A DNA stretch of 64,000 bases from Anaerolineales bacterium (lineage in GTDB: Bacteria; Chloroflexota; Anaerolineae; Anaerolineales; UBA11858). The stretch lies in assembly GCA_049644685.1 (NCBI GenBank), contig JBARSJ010000320.1:7916-71915 (forward strand), written 5' to 3'. Below the pieces are notes generated by a model. It saw nothing but the letters and a program-made list of their open reading frames with translations, did not search any database and was not told the DNA's origin. Numbering within the stretch: the stretch's first letter is position 1; the number at the start of each line of letters is the position of its first letter. The position numbers and the translations under genes were made by a program. Shown here piece after piece: positions 28,376 to 38,147 of the stretch.

Positions 28376-30016
28376 TTAGAGCCAGTTCATGGTAGCCAGG
28401 ACAACCGGTCGTTTTTTAGTTTTGCTGTAAAGGAAGGAACGGATGGTGTGAACTAATTCGTCATGTAAATCACCCTTGGTATTTTCGACAACCCCGACTA
28501 TTTTTTGCTGGGTCTGCTCGATGATATCATCATCATCGTGTTTATATACAAATCCACGGGAGATAATCTCTGGTTCTTCATGCAATTTGCCATTCCTGTC
28601 CAGAACCAGGCTGATCAACATGACCCCATCCTGGGCAAGCTGTTCTCTTTCCCGGACAACGCTGGGTCCGATTTCTCCTACGCGTGAACCGTCCACAAAG
28701 ACATAATTACCAGGGATACGGTCTTTGATTTCCAATTTTCCACCCTCAAATTCAATGACCTCTCCATTTTCAATCACCAGCACATTTTCGGTTGGAAATT
28801 CAGATTCCTCAGCCAGCACAGCGTGCTGTTTTAAATGTCTTAATTCTCCGTGTACAGGAATCAAGTATTTGGGATTAATGATATTCAACATTAGCTTCAT
28901 CTCGTCCTGGTTGGCATGTCCTGAGACATGAACACCGCCGGCAAGTGGCTCGTAAACAACATTTGCACCCCGGCGGAACAGGCGGTTGATGGTTTTAAAT
29001 ACTGCTTCCTCATTACCCGGTATGGCAGAGGAAGAAAGCACAATTGTATCGTCTTTGATCAGGTCAAAACGTTTGTTAGTGCCCCGGGAAAGCCTGCCCA
29101 TGATAGAGAAGGGCTCTCCTTGGGAACCAGTTGCCATTAACACTACATCTTTGGGTTTCATGTTTAAGGCTGCTTCTAACCCGACTTCAATATCGGGAGG
29201 AATTTCCAGGTAACCCAATTTTTTTGCCATTTTGGAATTCTGAGTCATGCTGTAGCCGACAAAAGCGATCTTGCGTCCATAACGGTCAGCTGTATCAATA
29301 ACTTGCTGCATCCTTGACACCAGGGAGGCGAAGGATGCCACAATAATCCGGCCCGGCGCGGACCTGAACACCTTGTCCAGGGAGTCATTAATTACCATTT
29401 CTGAAGGCGTCCACCCCGGTTTATCCGCGTTGGTGGAATCTGCCAGTAAGGCGAGGACACCTCGCCCGGAGAATTCAGCCAGCTTGGCAAAATCTGTTGG
29501 CCATCCGTCAACGGGAGTAGGATCAAATTTATAATCCCCTGTGTGAACGACTAAACCGTCGGGGCAGGTTATGCCCAAACCGACGCTGTCTGGAATGGAA
29601 TGGCAGACATGGAAGAATTCCACCTCAAAGGGACCAATGTTCACCATTTCTCCCGCATGCACAGTCTGGATGCTGGTTTTGTCCAGCATCCCTTTTTCGG
29701 ACAAATTGAGTTCAATAAACCCCTTGGTGAGCGGAGTTGCGTAGACCGGGACATTAACTTCTTCCAGGACATACGATATCGCTCCCACATGATCCATGTG
29801 GCCGTGGGTGATGATAATACCTCTCACCAGGTCCTTGTTTTCCTTGATGTATTCGAAATCCGGGATGATGTAATCAATCCCCGGCATATCATGGTCGGGG
29901 AACATGATGCCTGTATCTACGATGAGGATGTTTTTTCCATATTCGTAGACCATCATGTTTTTACCGACTTCCCCTAGACCTCCTAAGGGAATAATTCTTA
30001 ATTTGTTTTTACTCAT
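28376..30016 (-). CDS. rnj: Ribonuclease J
   Basis: LRIIPLGGLGEVGKNM, ITHGHMDHVGA (metallo-beta-lactamase), beta-CASP and C-terminal domains. 546 aa. Confidence 0.93.
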   Translation of the reverse strand: MSKNKLRIIPLGGLGEVGKNMMVYEYGKNILIVDTGIMFPDHDMPGIDYIIPDFEYIKENKDLVRGIIITHGHMDHVGAISYVLEEVNVPVYATPLTKGFIELNLSEKGMLDKTSIQTVHAGEMVNIGPFEVEFFHVCHSIPDSVGLGITCPDGLVVHTGDYKFDPTPVDGWPTDFAKLAEFSGRGVLALLADSTNADKPGWTPSEMVINDSLDKVFRSAPGRIIVASFASLVSRMQQVIDTADRYGRKIAFVGYSMTQNSKMAKKLGYLEIPPDIEVGLEAALNMKPKDVVLMATGSQGEPFSIMGRLSRGTNKRFDLIKDDTIVLSSSAIPGNEEAVFKTINRLFRRGANVVYEPLAGGVHVSGHANQDEMKLMLNIINPKYLIPVHGELRHLKQHAVLAEESEFPTENVLVIENGEVIEFEGGKLEIKDRIPGNYVFVDGSRVGEIGPSVVREREQLAQDGVMLISLVLDRNGKLHEEPEIISRGFVYKHDDDDIIEQTQQKIVGVVENTKGDLHDELVHTIRSFLYSKTKKRPVVLATMNWL

Positions 30017-30486
30017 ATTTCAATTCCTTAATTATGTTTTCCTACCAGGTTCGGTTCTTGCCGAATTCCCGGGAGGACTATATTTTTATAATAAAATACC
30101 CGGTCGTGACTTAACCGGCCGGGCAGTGCTTTTGGAAACTATTATTTAGGAAAATATCTTGCGATACAACTTAAACTATATGGATCGTCTAGCATGAACA
30201 GTTTTTGCTGGTTTAACCAGCCGGGGTTTCTTTTCCAGAAACCGGAGTGATTCTAACAGCTAAACCCCGTTTTGTCAAAAGAAGGTAAAGATATTAAGGG
30301 AACAAATAATTGCTGCCGCAAACTAGGTAATTGAAAAAAGAGGATTAAACCACGAGTATATTTGAAATTTGGTCTTCGTGATAGGCAATACTGGCTTGAA
30401 CATCCCCGCAGGAGATTTGAGTTCTTCGGTATTTGATCTTGTATTGATATAACATCGTTGTTAAAAAATGTAGTGTGGATAAAGTA

Positions 30487-30519
30487 AGACCTCCGAGGTT
30501 TTTAAAACCTCGGAGGTCT
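30487..30519. terminator. Terminator hairpin downstream of groEL
   Basis: 15-bp perfect stem AGACCTCCGAGGTTT / AAACCTCGGAGGTCT, 20 nt beyond the groEL stop. Confidence 0.6.
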
Positions 30520-30538
30520 GATTTTTCAAAACAGAATC

Positions 30539-32197
30539 TTACATCATACCGGGCATTCCGCCGCCCATACCACCCATACCACCCATGGGCATATCGCCGT
30601 CTTCTTTCGGCTCGTCAGCGATAAGCGCTTCTGTGGTCAGGATCATTGCCGCAATGGATGCTGCATTCTCCAGCGCGCCACGGGTTACCTTGGCGGGATC
30701 GATCACACCGGCATCAACCATATTAACGTATTCCTCACTGAGGACATTGTATCCGATGTTTTTATCTTTTTTCTCTTCCTGGAAGCGGCGTACGTTTTCC
30801 AGAATTACTGCTCCGTCTTTCCCGGCGTTTTCAGCAATTTTCCGCAGGGGGACTTCCAGAGCTTGGCGGACGATTTTTACACCCACCTGGGCATCAGCAT
30901 ATTCCATCTTGAGTTTGTCGATGGCCTTGGTGGCGTTAATCAGCGCCACACCGCCTCCGGGAACGATGCCTGCCTCAACGGCAGCGCGGGTTGCGGAGAG
31001 AGCGTCTTCCACCCGGTGTTTCTTTTCTTTCAGTTCGGTTTCAGTCGCTGCGCCAACTCGAATGATCGCTACGCCGCCAGAAAGTTTTGCCAGACGTTCC
31101 TGCAGTTTTTCGCGGTCGTAATCGCTGGAGCTGGAATCGATCTCATTTCGGATTTGCTGGATGCGGGCCTTGATTTGCTTGCTGTCTCCCTTTCCTCCGA
31201 CAATAGTGGTGTCGTCTTTGGTGGAGATCACCTTTTCGGCTTTACCCAGATCGTCAACAGTTGCGCTATCCAGCTTGCGTCCCAGATCTTCAGAAATCAC
31301 GGTGGCGCCGGAGAGGATTGCGACGTCCTGGAGCATGGCTTTGCGGCGGTCGCCGAATCCGGGGGCTTTAATAGCCAGAACGTTAATCATGCCGCGAAGT
31401 TTGTTTAGTACCAGGGTGGCAAGAGCTTCGCCATCTACATCTTCAGCAATGATTACCAGATCCCGTTTACCCATCTGAACCAAGCGTTCCAGCAGGGGAA
31501 CTAGGTCCTGAGCAACGGAAATCTTGGAGTCATGGATTAGCAGGCTGGGCTCTTCAATTACCGCTTCCATCTCATCAGCATTGGTGACGAAATAGGGAGA
31601 AAGGTAGCCGCGGTCAAACTGCATACCTTCTACGTACTCAGTTTCAAATGCCAGTGTTTTGGATTCTTCAACAGTGATCACGCCGTCTTTTCCGACTTTG
31701 TCCATTACATCTGCGATCAGTTCGCCGATTGAACGGTCCTGAGCAGAGATGCTGGCCACGTTGCCGATTTCTTCTTTGGTGGTGACATCTATAGCGCTTT
31801 TGCCGAGTTCCTCGGAAACCGCCTTGGCGGCTGCTTCAATGCCATATTTCAGCAGCATGGGATTGAATCCGGCTGCCAGGTTTTTCATACCCTCGGTGAC
31901 GATGGAATGAGCCAGAAGGGTTGAAGTAGTGGTGCCGTCACCAGCGATGTCGTTGGTTTTGGTGGCTGCTTCTTTCAGCAGCTGGGCACCCATATTTTCA
32001 AATTTATCCCTAAGCTCAATTTCCTTGGCGACGGTCACGCCATCATGGGTGATTGTGGGGCTGCCGAAACTTCGGTCCAGGGCAACATTGCGTCCTTTGG
32101 GACCCAAGGTGGTGATAACGGCTTTCGCCAATTTATCCATTCCGGCCTGTAGTTTCCGTCGGGCTTCTTCTGAGAAAACAATTTGCTTTCCTGCCAT
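30539..32197 (-). CDS. groEL: Chaperonin GroEL (60 kDa)
   Basis: Full-length match ([15 protein letters not shown]..., GDGTTT, C-terminal [14 protein letters not shown]). No groES lies upstream. Confidence 0.97.
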   Translation of the reverse strand: MAGKQIVFSEEARRKLQAGMDKLAKAVITTLGPKGRNVALDRSFGSPTITHDGVTVAKEIELRDKFENMGAQLLKEAATKTNDIAGDGTTTSTLLAHSIVTEGMKNLAAGFNPMLLKYGIEAAAKAVSEELGKSAIDVTTKEEIGNVASISAQDRSIGELIADVMDKVGKDGVITVEESKTLAFETEYVEGMQFDRGYLSPYFVTNADEMEAVIEEPSLLIHDSKISVAQDLVPLLERLVQMGKRDLVIIAEDVDGEALATLVLNKLRGMINVLAIKAPGFGDRRKAMLQDVAILSGATVISEDLGRKLDSATVDDLGKAEKVISTKDDTTIVGGKGDSKQIKARIQQIRNEIDSSSSDYDREKLQERLAKLSGGVAIIRVGAATETELKEKKHRVEDALSATRAAVEAGIVPGGGVALINATKAIDKLKMEYADAQVGVKIVRQALEVPLRKIAENAGKDGAVILENVRRFQEEKKDKNIGYNVLSEEYVNMVDAGVIDPAKVTRGALENAASIAAMILTTEALIADEPKEDGDMPMGGMGGMGGGMPGMM

Positions 32198-32296
32198 AGA
32201 TTTCTACTCCTTCCTTCTATAAAAAGAATTCACAGTTGTAAGATAAACGCTTTGCCCGACTCGACAGCAGGTTCAACCTGAACTGGCAGCGGAGCA

Positions 32297-32323
32297 TTAG
32301 CAGTCAAATATACGGACTGCTAA
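32297..32323 (-). promoter_or_regulatory. CIRCE operator (HrcA binding site) upstream of groEL
   Basis: TTAGCAGTC-N9-GACTGCTAA, a perfect inverted repeat about 100 nt upstream of the groEL ATG. Confidence 0.85.
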
Positions 32324-32335
32324 GTAGCGGGTAAT

Positions 32336-32364
32336 ATGATAACTTTCTTCCAAATGAAAGTCAA
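32336..32364 (-). promoter_or_regulatory. Sigma-70-like promoter of groEL
   Basis: The minus strand reads TTGACT-17 nt-TATCAT. It ends 12 nt before the CIRCE element, the same architecture as at hrcA. Confidence 0.5.
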
Positions 32365-32464
32365 GTTTTACTAAAAGGCTTTTATATGATTCTTATATTG
32401 TTCTAAGATGGCTGGAAATGGAGAAATCCTGAGTTAATTCTGACCTGACAGGCGGAGTGGATGA

Positions 32465-33805
32465 TTAAGGCACTGGGGTTGCCTCTAATAAATAGCAGAT
32501 TGCCTCATTTTCAGCCACAATGCTCATCAAGATGGGATCGCTGCCGAAATTTTCTTTCAGCTCTGCCAAAATCATTAACGCTTCCGGGCAGTAATTTTGA
32601 CCGGGACGGCTGAGTGCGGCAAGTACAGATCCGTAACGGGCGTAATAATAAGCGACATCAAAATTATTGAGTTCCAATGCCTGGACGGCAGTGCCGCCCA
32701 CTTCGTTTTCTTCAGCCGAGCATCCCACTACCGCGCATTTCAGTACTGGCAGGGCACCCTCATAATTCCGGGCCCGGACATAAATATCCCCCAATTGACC
32801 GTAGGTGTTCGCGTTGGTGGGATTGATTGCTATAGCTTTTTCCCCATTTACTGCTGCGATAAAAAATTCCCCATCCCGGGAATAGGTTTTGGCAATTGCG
32901 ATATAGGGGAGCGCATCCTCAACCCCGTTGGACTTATTGATTGTAATTGCTTTGGCAAAATAATCTAATGCGGTGTCATATACTTTTAATGCCCGGTATA
33001 AGACCCCGATCCGAATGTAAAGAAATGTCAGATTGGGATTGATTTCGACTGCCTTCTCAAATTCCTCGATGGCATATCTGTATTCCCCCAGCGCTTCCAG
33101 CACAGTTCCATAGACCCGGTGGGTATCCATTAATTCCGGACCCTGGTTTACCGCCAGCCGGGCATGTTCCTCTGCCTGGGCTTTTTGATTTTGATCCAGA
33201 AGCACTTCTGCATAAAATGCCAGCGCCAGGCTGTTGTTCGGGTCGAGAGTAATTGCCAGGTTTGCAGCCTGTTCAGCTTCATTTAGCCAATCCTGTTTTT
33301 CCTGATCACTGGTTGCTGAAGAGGTTGCGCTCCAGTCCAGCACCAGGGCGCGGATGGCCTGGACTGTGCTGTCTCCCGGAGCCCCTTCAGCAGCGAGTTG
33401 GATTTCCTGACGGGCCAGGGATAATCGTTCCGTCCGCTCTTCAGTGGTGGATAACAATGCGGAAGAATACGTTAATAGCCGCGCCAGTTCAGCACGGACC
33501 TGGGCATTATCTGGATGGAGTTCCAGAACATCATAATAGGCATCAATAGCATCTTTCCCCTCAGGATCGAATATCTTTCCGGCTTCAAAATATGCCTGCC
33601 CTTCCTGGACGAGAGAATCCACTGTCCTGGTCGCTGTCGGCGTGGGGAGAAAGAGGGGTTCAAACTGACCTTCCGGGTCGTTTACCTCAAATGCAAACCA
33701 TAAACCTGCCGCAATAATGGCAACCAAAATCAGGATGCGGTTGAGATTAAAGGGAGGTTTATTTTTACTGAATGTAGGTCGTTTTCCGGTTAGTTTATGA
33801 TCCAT
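32465..33805 (-). CDS. Membrane-anchored TPR-repeat protein
   Basis: 446 aa with an N-terminal TM helix followed by tandem TPR units. Paralog of 33905-35125. Confidence 0.8.
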   Translation of the reverse strand: MDHKLTGKRPTFSKNKPPFNLNRILILVAIIAAGLWFAFEVNDPEGQFEPLFLPTPTATRTVDSLVQEGQAYFEAGKIFDPEGKDAIDAYYDVLELHPDNAQVRAELARLLTYSSALLSTTEERTERLSLARQEIQLAAEGAPGDSTVQAIRALVLDWSATSSATSDQEKQDWLNEAEQAANLAITLDPNNSLALAFYAEVLLDQNQKAQAEEHARLAVNQGPELMDTHRVYGTVLEALGEYRYAIEEFEKAVEINPNLTFLYIRIGVLYRALKVYDTALDYFAKAITINKSNGVEDALPYIAIAKTYSRDGEFFIAAVNGEKAIAINPTNANTYGQLGDIYVRARNYEGALPVLKCAVVGCSAEENEVGGTAVQALELNNFDVAYYYARYGSVLAALSRPGQNYCPEALMILAELKENFGSDPILMSIVAENEAICYLLEATPVP

Positions 33806-33904
33806 CAGATTTGTGTCTGGAACCTTAATTCTGGTGAGCGGCTTTTAATATACATTCCTTTGCTGGAAAAAGAAGCCTGCCAGGAGGAATAATGGGGGTG
33901 AAGA

Positions 33905-35125
33905 TCAGGGGGTCGGCGTGATTTCGGTCAAGTTTTCTGTGCAAATGGACAAACCTTCATTGGCGTTGATTACAGCAATGTCATTTTCAGAAACCTGGCT
34001 GAGCATGGTTTGAAATATTGGCACAGCTTCCTCGCATTTGTTCATCCGCGCCAGAGTGATGCCATAGGCGGAAAAAATTTCTATTACCCGGGTTTTATAA
34101 GAAAGCGGTACACCTTCCACTATATCCCCGTTTTCTGTAGTGCCGCCCCGGACTGCCAGAGTAAGGTATATAAGCGCTTGATTGTATTCCAGGTTTCTGA
34201 AATAAAGCACGCCCAGATTTCCCTGCATGAGCGGATTTGTAGGGGCATCCCTGACCGCCAGTTCACCGTATTGGATGGCTTTATTATAGATGCCATCCAG
34301 GAGATAGATGCGGGAAATTTCAAAATCCGGAGTAGGATCCGCGGGATTGAGAGCATTTGCCTGACTGAAAGAGGTTACTGCTTTGTCATTTTCCTGATTA
34401 GCATAATAACAATACCCCAGCATAAGATGGAGATTTGGAATGGCATTGTTGATATTCAGGGCGCTTTGATATTCCCGAATAGCTTCACTGAAATTTCCTG
34501 TCCAATACAACACATATCCCCGCGCCCGGTGGGTTTCTAATAAGTTTGGACCTAACTCCAAGGCTTTGAGAGATTCTGTGCTGGCTTCTTCGTAGTTTTC
34601 GCTGTCAATCAAGATTTCCGCATACACTGCATGAGCCAGCGGGTTTTTTTCCGCCAGGGACAAAGCCCGTTTGATAGAAACCTCAGCTTCGATCAGATCA
34701 CCTAAAAAATCAAGGGCCCAGGCTTTCATTACGTGACCGAGGGGATTGTCTGGGTTGCGAAGCAAGGCTAATTCAGCATTTTCAAGAGCTGCTTCCGGTT
34801 GTCCTGCCAGGATTTGAACTCTAGCCAAAGAAACATAGAGGGAAGAATCTTCTGGATTTGCCAGAATAGCCTCCCGGTAGGCTTCGATGGATTGACTCAA
34901 CTTGCCTTCTTTAAACAGAGCTTGTGCTCTGTTGGTATAGGTTTCAGGATTCTCTGTTGGGGTTACAGTTGGAATGAATGACAGCTCAATGTCAGGAGCA
35001 ACTTCCTGGTTAAAATATACAACAACCGCAATGAGCACCACCAGGACAATAATCCGCCAGGGATTGGATCTCTTGCGCGGTTTTTTGGTCATTTTCCAAT
35101 TACTTCCGCTAAGGTACATGCGCAC
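33905..35125 (-). CDS. Membrane-anchored TPR-repeat protein
   Basis: 406 aa with an N-terminal TM helix followed by tandem TPR units. Shares the post-anchor PTxTPT motif and a C-terminal Cys-containing end with its neighbour. Confidence 0.8.
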   Translation of the reverse strand: MRMYLSGSNWKMTKKPRKRSNPWRIIVLVVLIAVVVYFNQEVAPDIELSFIPTVTPTENPETYTNRAQALFKEGKLSQSIEAYREAILANPEDSSLYVSLARVQILAGQPEAALENAELALLRNPDNPLGHVMKAWALDFLGDLIEAEVSIKRALSLAEKNPLAHAVYAEILIDSENYEEASTESLKALELGPNLLETHRARGYVLYWTGNFSEAIREYQSALNINNAIPNLHLMLGYCYYANQENDKAVTSFSQANALNPADPTPDFEISRIYLLDGIYNKAIQYGELAVRDAPTNPLMQGNLGVLYFRNLEYNQALIYLTLAVRGGTTENGDIVEGVPLSYKTRVIEIFSAYGITLARMNKCEEAVPIFQTMLSQVSENDIAVINANEGLSICTENLTEITPTP

Positions 35126-35209
35126 ATCTTACCACTGTCGTTAAAAATGCGTCAAGGATTTCATCCAATCCCTTGAGTGTGTAACCCGCCAGGAGAAATA
35201 TATATTCAC

Positions 35210-35238
35210 TTGCGCAACAACCTTCTCTCGGCTAGAAT
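35210..35238 (+). promoter_or_regulatory. Candidate promoter of trmD (leaderless configuration)
   Basis: TTGCGC-17 nt-TAGAAT. The -10 element ends 6 nt before the trmD ATG at 35245, and there is no SD. Confidence 0.45.
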
Positions 35239-35244
35239 GGGACC

Positions 35245-36009
35245 ATGCAATTTGACGTTTTTACTCTCTTTCCAGAAGTTTTTCCCTCTTACCTGGATTC
35301 CAGTATTCTTCATCGCGCCCAGGAGATGGGACACCTCCGGGTGGATCTGCATAATATCCGGGATTGGACAACGGATAAACATCAGGTAACGGATGAGCCT
35401 CCTTATGGGGGAGGTGGAGGAATGGTCATGAAGCCGGAACCAGTGTTTGCGGCGGTGGAAGGGATCCTGGGTGATCCACCCTGCTGTCCGGTGATTTTGA
35501 TGACACCCCAGGGAGAGTTGTTGACCCAGAAGAAAGCCAACAGCATGGCAGGGTATTCCCGGTTGGCTATTGTTGCCGGGCATTACGAAGGCGTTGATGA
35601 GCGGGTGCGTGAGCACTTGATTACCGAAGAAATCTCCATCGGAGATTATGTATTGACAGGGGGAGAACTGCCAGCATTGGTTTTGATTGATATCCTCACC
35701 CGTTTGATCCCCGGAGTGTTGGGTGATCCGCAAGCTGCGGAAAAAGACTCGCATGCCAGTGGTTTGCTGGAGCATCCCCACTACACCAGGCCGGAAGATT
35801 ACCGCGGCTGGAAAGTACCGGAGGTGCTCAGATCAGGACATCATGCCAAAATTGATCGTTGGCGGCGGAACCAATCTCTCCGAAGAACCCTGGAGCGAAG
35901 GGCTGAGCTGTTAACTGATTTTGAGTTATCCGAAGAGGATCTTGAATTTTTAGATCAGCTGAAGGAAGAGGAATCATCAGCTCTGGACGATATACCAGCA
36001 GCAGAGTAA
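35245..36009 (+). CDS. trmD: tRNA (guanine37-N1)-methyltransferase TrmD
   Basis: [13 protein letters not shown]..., [41 protein letters not shown]. Confidence 0.93.
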   Translation: MQFDVFTLFPEVFPSYLDSSILHRAQEMGHLRVDLHNIRDWTTDKHQVTDEPPYGGGGGMVMKPEPVFAAVEGILGDPPCCPVILMTPQGELLTQKKANSMAGYSRLAIVAGHYEGVDERVREHLITEEISIGDYVLTGGELPALVLIDILTRLIPGVLGDPQAAEKDSHASGLLEHPHYTRPEDYRGWKVPEVLRSGHHAKIDRWRRNQSLRRTLERRAELLTDFELSEEDLEFLDQLKEEESSALDDIPAAE

Positions 36010-36369
36010 TCTGTTATCAAAGAAATTTTTTTCTGGTCAAATTCCAAAAAACCCTATCAATTTGAGAGCAGTGGGGATATCCCCTATTAATGATCAGCTT
36101 GCCTTGAGCTTTTCGCTTCGCCCGTGCCGCCTGTCCTGCCTGCACTTAGCGAAGCACAGCGAAGACGAAGTGAATTTATCGAAGGGCTCCGTATAAATTC
36201 CTCCGAGATGGAATCGAGGTGCTCAGGATGACATTATGAGGGAAATTGTGCTAATCAAGCCAAGAGCGACCTGTTGGATCCTTCCAGATTCCACCGGGTT
36301 CTTTGTTGTTCAAAAAACCCCTGTTCTATTAACATCCCATTAGAAAAACCCTCTTAGCACTTGCTTTTC

Positions 36370-36398
36370 TTGACTGCCAAGTACCCTCGTGATAGACT
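36370..36398 (+). promoter_or_regulatory. Sigma-70-like promoter of the hrcA-grpE-dnaK operon
   Basis: TTGACT-17 nt-TAGACT, 11 nt upstream of the CIRCE element. Confidence 0.5.
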
Positions 36399-36409
36399 AT
36401 AAACCGTTA

Positions 36410-36436
36410 TTAGCAGTCTACCGCTGAGAGTGCTAA
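36410..36436 (+). promoter_or_regulatory. CIRCE operator upstream of hrcA
   Basis: TTAGCAGTC-N9-GAGTGCTAA, 15 nt before the hrcA ATG. Confidence 0.85.
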
Positions 36437-36451
36437 ACACTGAAAGTTATT

Positions 36452-37501
36452 ATGGCTGGATTAACAGAAAGACAAAAACTAGTCCTGGCGCTGCTGGTTC
36501 GCGATTACGTGGATACTGCCGAACCAATCAGCTCTGGACGGCTGGTGGCTAATTATCAGCTGGATTTCAGCTCAGCCACAGTTAGAAACGAGATGGCATT
36601 TCTAGAGCAGAGGGGATTTTTACTCCAACCCTACACCTCTGCTGGCAGAGTGCCTACCAAGGAAGGATACCGATATTTTGTCCAACAATTAATGGGCGCA
36701 AATGAGCTGCCAACACCAATTCAAGAGATGATCCGGCACCAGTTTTATCAAGCCCGGAATGATGTGGATGATTGGCTTTCGCTGTCTGCATCTGTTCTTG
36801 CTCAGCACAGCAAAGTTGCATCGATTGTGACCCCGCTGCATACAGAAAAAGCCCGCTTAAAACACATTTCACTCTTATCGACCCGGGGACATCAGGTGCT
36901 GCTGGTTATTATCCTGAATAGCGGGGAAGTTCACCAGCAAACATTGGTTCTGGATGAACTGCTTAACCAGGAACAACTAGATGCCAATGCAGGACAGATC
37001 AACCTGCTGGCTTCCGGGATGGATGCCAAAGAACTGGAAGGAATCAGCAGCGAATTAGAGGACACTCCCTTGGAGGAAGTGTTCATGGTTGTAAAGCGGG
37101 TAATCAAGCAGGCGGAAGTTATTTCTACCGGGGATATTTACCGGGATGGATTAGCCAACATGTTATCTGAACCAGAGTTTTCTGAACCAGAGAAAGCAAA
37201 GCAAACGTTGGAATTGTTTGAGGATCGGGCAATGATGGATGACCTGCTTTCCAGAACTGTTTTTGAAAGTGATACCCCCGGTGTACATGTAATCATCGGC
37301 GGAGAGGATACCTGGGAACAGCTGGGAGATTGCTCACTGATCATCGCCAGATATGGTTCAAAAGAACATGCAATGGGCGCTGTGGGAATCCTCGGTCCGC
37401 TGCGAATGGCATACAGCCGGGGTGTCTCTACGGTCCGGTTTGTGTCAGATCTCATGAGCGAACTTATTTCAGAATCAATGAGCAACGAAAATCTTATTTG
37501 A
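36452..37501 (+). CDS. hrcA: Heat-inducible transcription repressor HrcA
   Basis: LTERQKLVLALLVRDYVDTAEPISSGRL..., FSSATVRNEMAFLEQRGFLLQPYTSAGRVPT. 349 aa. Confidence 0.95.
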   Translation: MAGLTERQKLVLALLVRDYVDTAEPISSGRLVANYQLDFSSATVRNEMAFLEQRGFLLQPYTSAGRVPTKEGYRYFVQQLMGANELPTPIQEMIRHQFYQARNDVDDWLSLSASVLAQHSKVASIVTPLHTEKARLKHISLLSTRGHQVLLVIILNSGEVHQQTLVLDELLNQEQLDANAGQINLLASGMDAKELEGISSELEDTPLEEVFMVVKRVIKQAEVISTGDIYRDGLANMLSEPEFSEPEKAKQTLELFEDRAMMDDLLSRTVFESDTPGVHVIIGGEDTWEQLGDCSLIIARYGSKEHAMGAVGILGPLRMAYSRGVSTVRFVSDLMSELISESMSNENLI

Positions 37502-37518
37502 AGGAGAATTTTTCAGGT

Positions 37519-38100
37519 ATGAAAGACAAGAAAGAGGAAAAAGGAAAACCGGAGATTGAAAAAGAGCAGAATGGTTCCGCCTTCAATGAGGAAAGCGCCT
37601 TTGAAGACCAGGCAGCAGATCCTGAACTTGAGGAGCAGGTTGCCGCTTTAAAAATAGCTCTGGAAGAAATGGATATGAAAGCAGAAGAATACCTGGATGG
37701 CTGGCAACGAGCACGGGCTGAATTTGCTAATTATAAAAAGCGTATCACCCGTGAAAGCATGGATATCCGCCAGGTAGCCCGGGGAGAAGTAATCAAACTT
37801 TACCTTGATATCGCTGATGACCTGGAAAGAGCTTTGCAGGAAAAACCAGAAATCGGGGAAGGGGAGACCTGGGCTGAAGGAATTGAGATCATTTTTCAAA
37901 AATTACGCGCAAGGCTTGAATCGGAAGGAATTAAACCGATGAACCCGATGGGGAAAGAGTTTAATCCGAACATACATGAAGCGTTGATGAAGGAAGAGAG
38001 TGAGGAATTTGAAAGCGGTCAAATTATTGAGGTAATGCAGGAAGGATACTGGATAGGTGACAAGGTACTGCGCCCAGCATTAGTGAGGGTAGCTGCCTAA
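37519..38100 (+). CDS. grpE: Nucleotide exchange factor GrpE
   Basis: Coiled-coil N-terminus, [13 protein letters not shown]-terminal beta domain ...[17 protein letters not shown]. The start is set at the ATG after the hrcA stop; the track start at 37330 overlaps hrcA. Confidence 0.93.
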   Translation: MKDKKEEKGKPEIEKEQNGSAFNEESAFEDQAADPELEEQVAALKIALEEMDMKAEEYLDGWQRARAEFANYKKRITRESMDIRQVARGEVIKLYLDIADDLERALQEKPEIGEGETWAEGIEIIFQKLRARLESEGIKPMNPMGKEFNPNIHEALMKEESEEFESGQIIEVMQEGYWIGDKVLRPALVRVAA

Positions 38101-38147
38101 AAAGGAATTATCTGCCAACAAAGTTAATTGAAAAAATGGAGGAAAAT

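Noticed and set aside
30585-31478. Three ORFs of 105-181 aa on the plus strand inside groEL.
   Set aside because: They are antisense to a full-length, highly conserved groEL. Their products are Ala/Ser/Arg-rich with no start context, which is typical of mirror-frame artefacts.
35206-35781. 191-aa minus-strand ORF.
   Set aside because: It is antisense to trmD and has no family resemblance.
37330-37518. Upstream extensions of track ORFs: grpE from 37330, CODH from 47502, pdxS from 9364, hpt from 42334, malic enzyme from 57843, thioesterase from 26065, DUF166 from 8247.
   Set aside because: The extensions overlap preceding genes or promoter and terminator elements. They add residues with no homology. 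Downstream in-frame starts with SD sequences give canonical N-termini.
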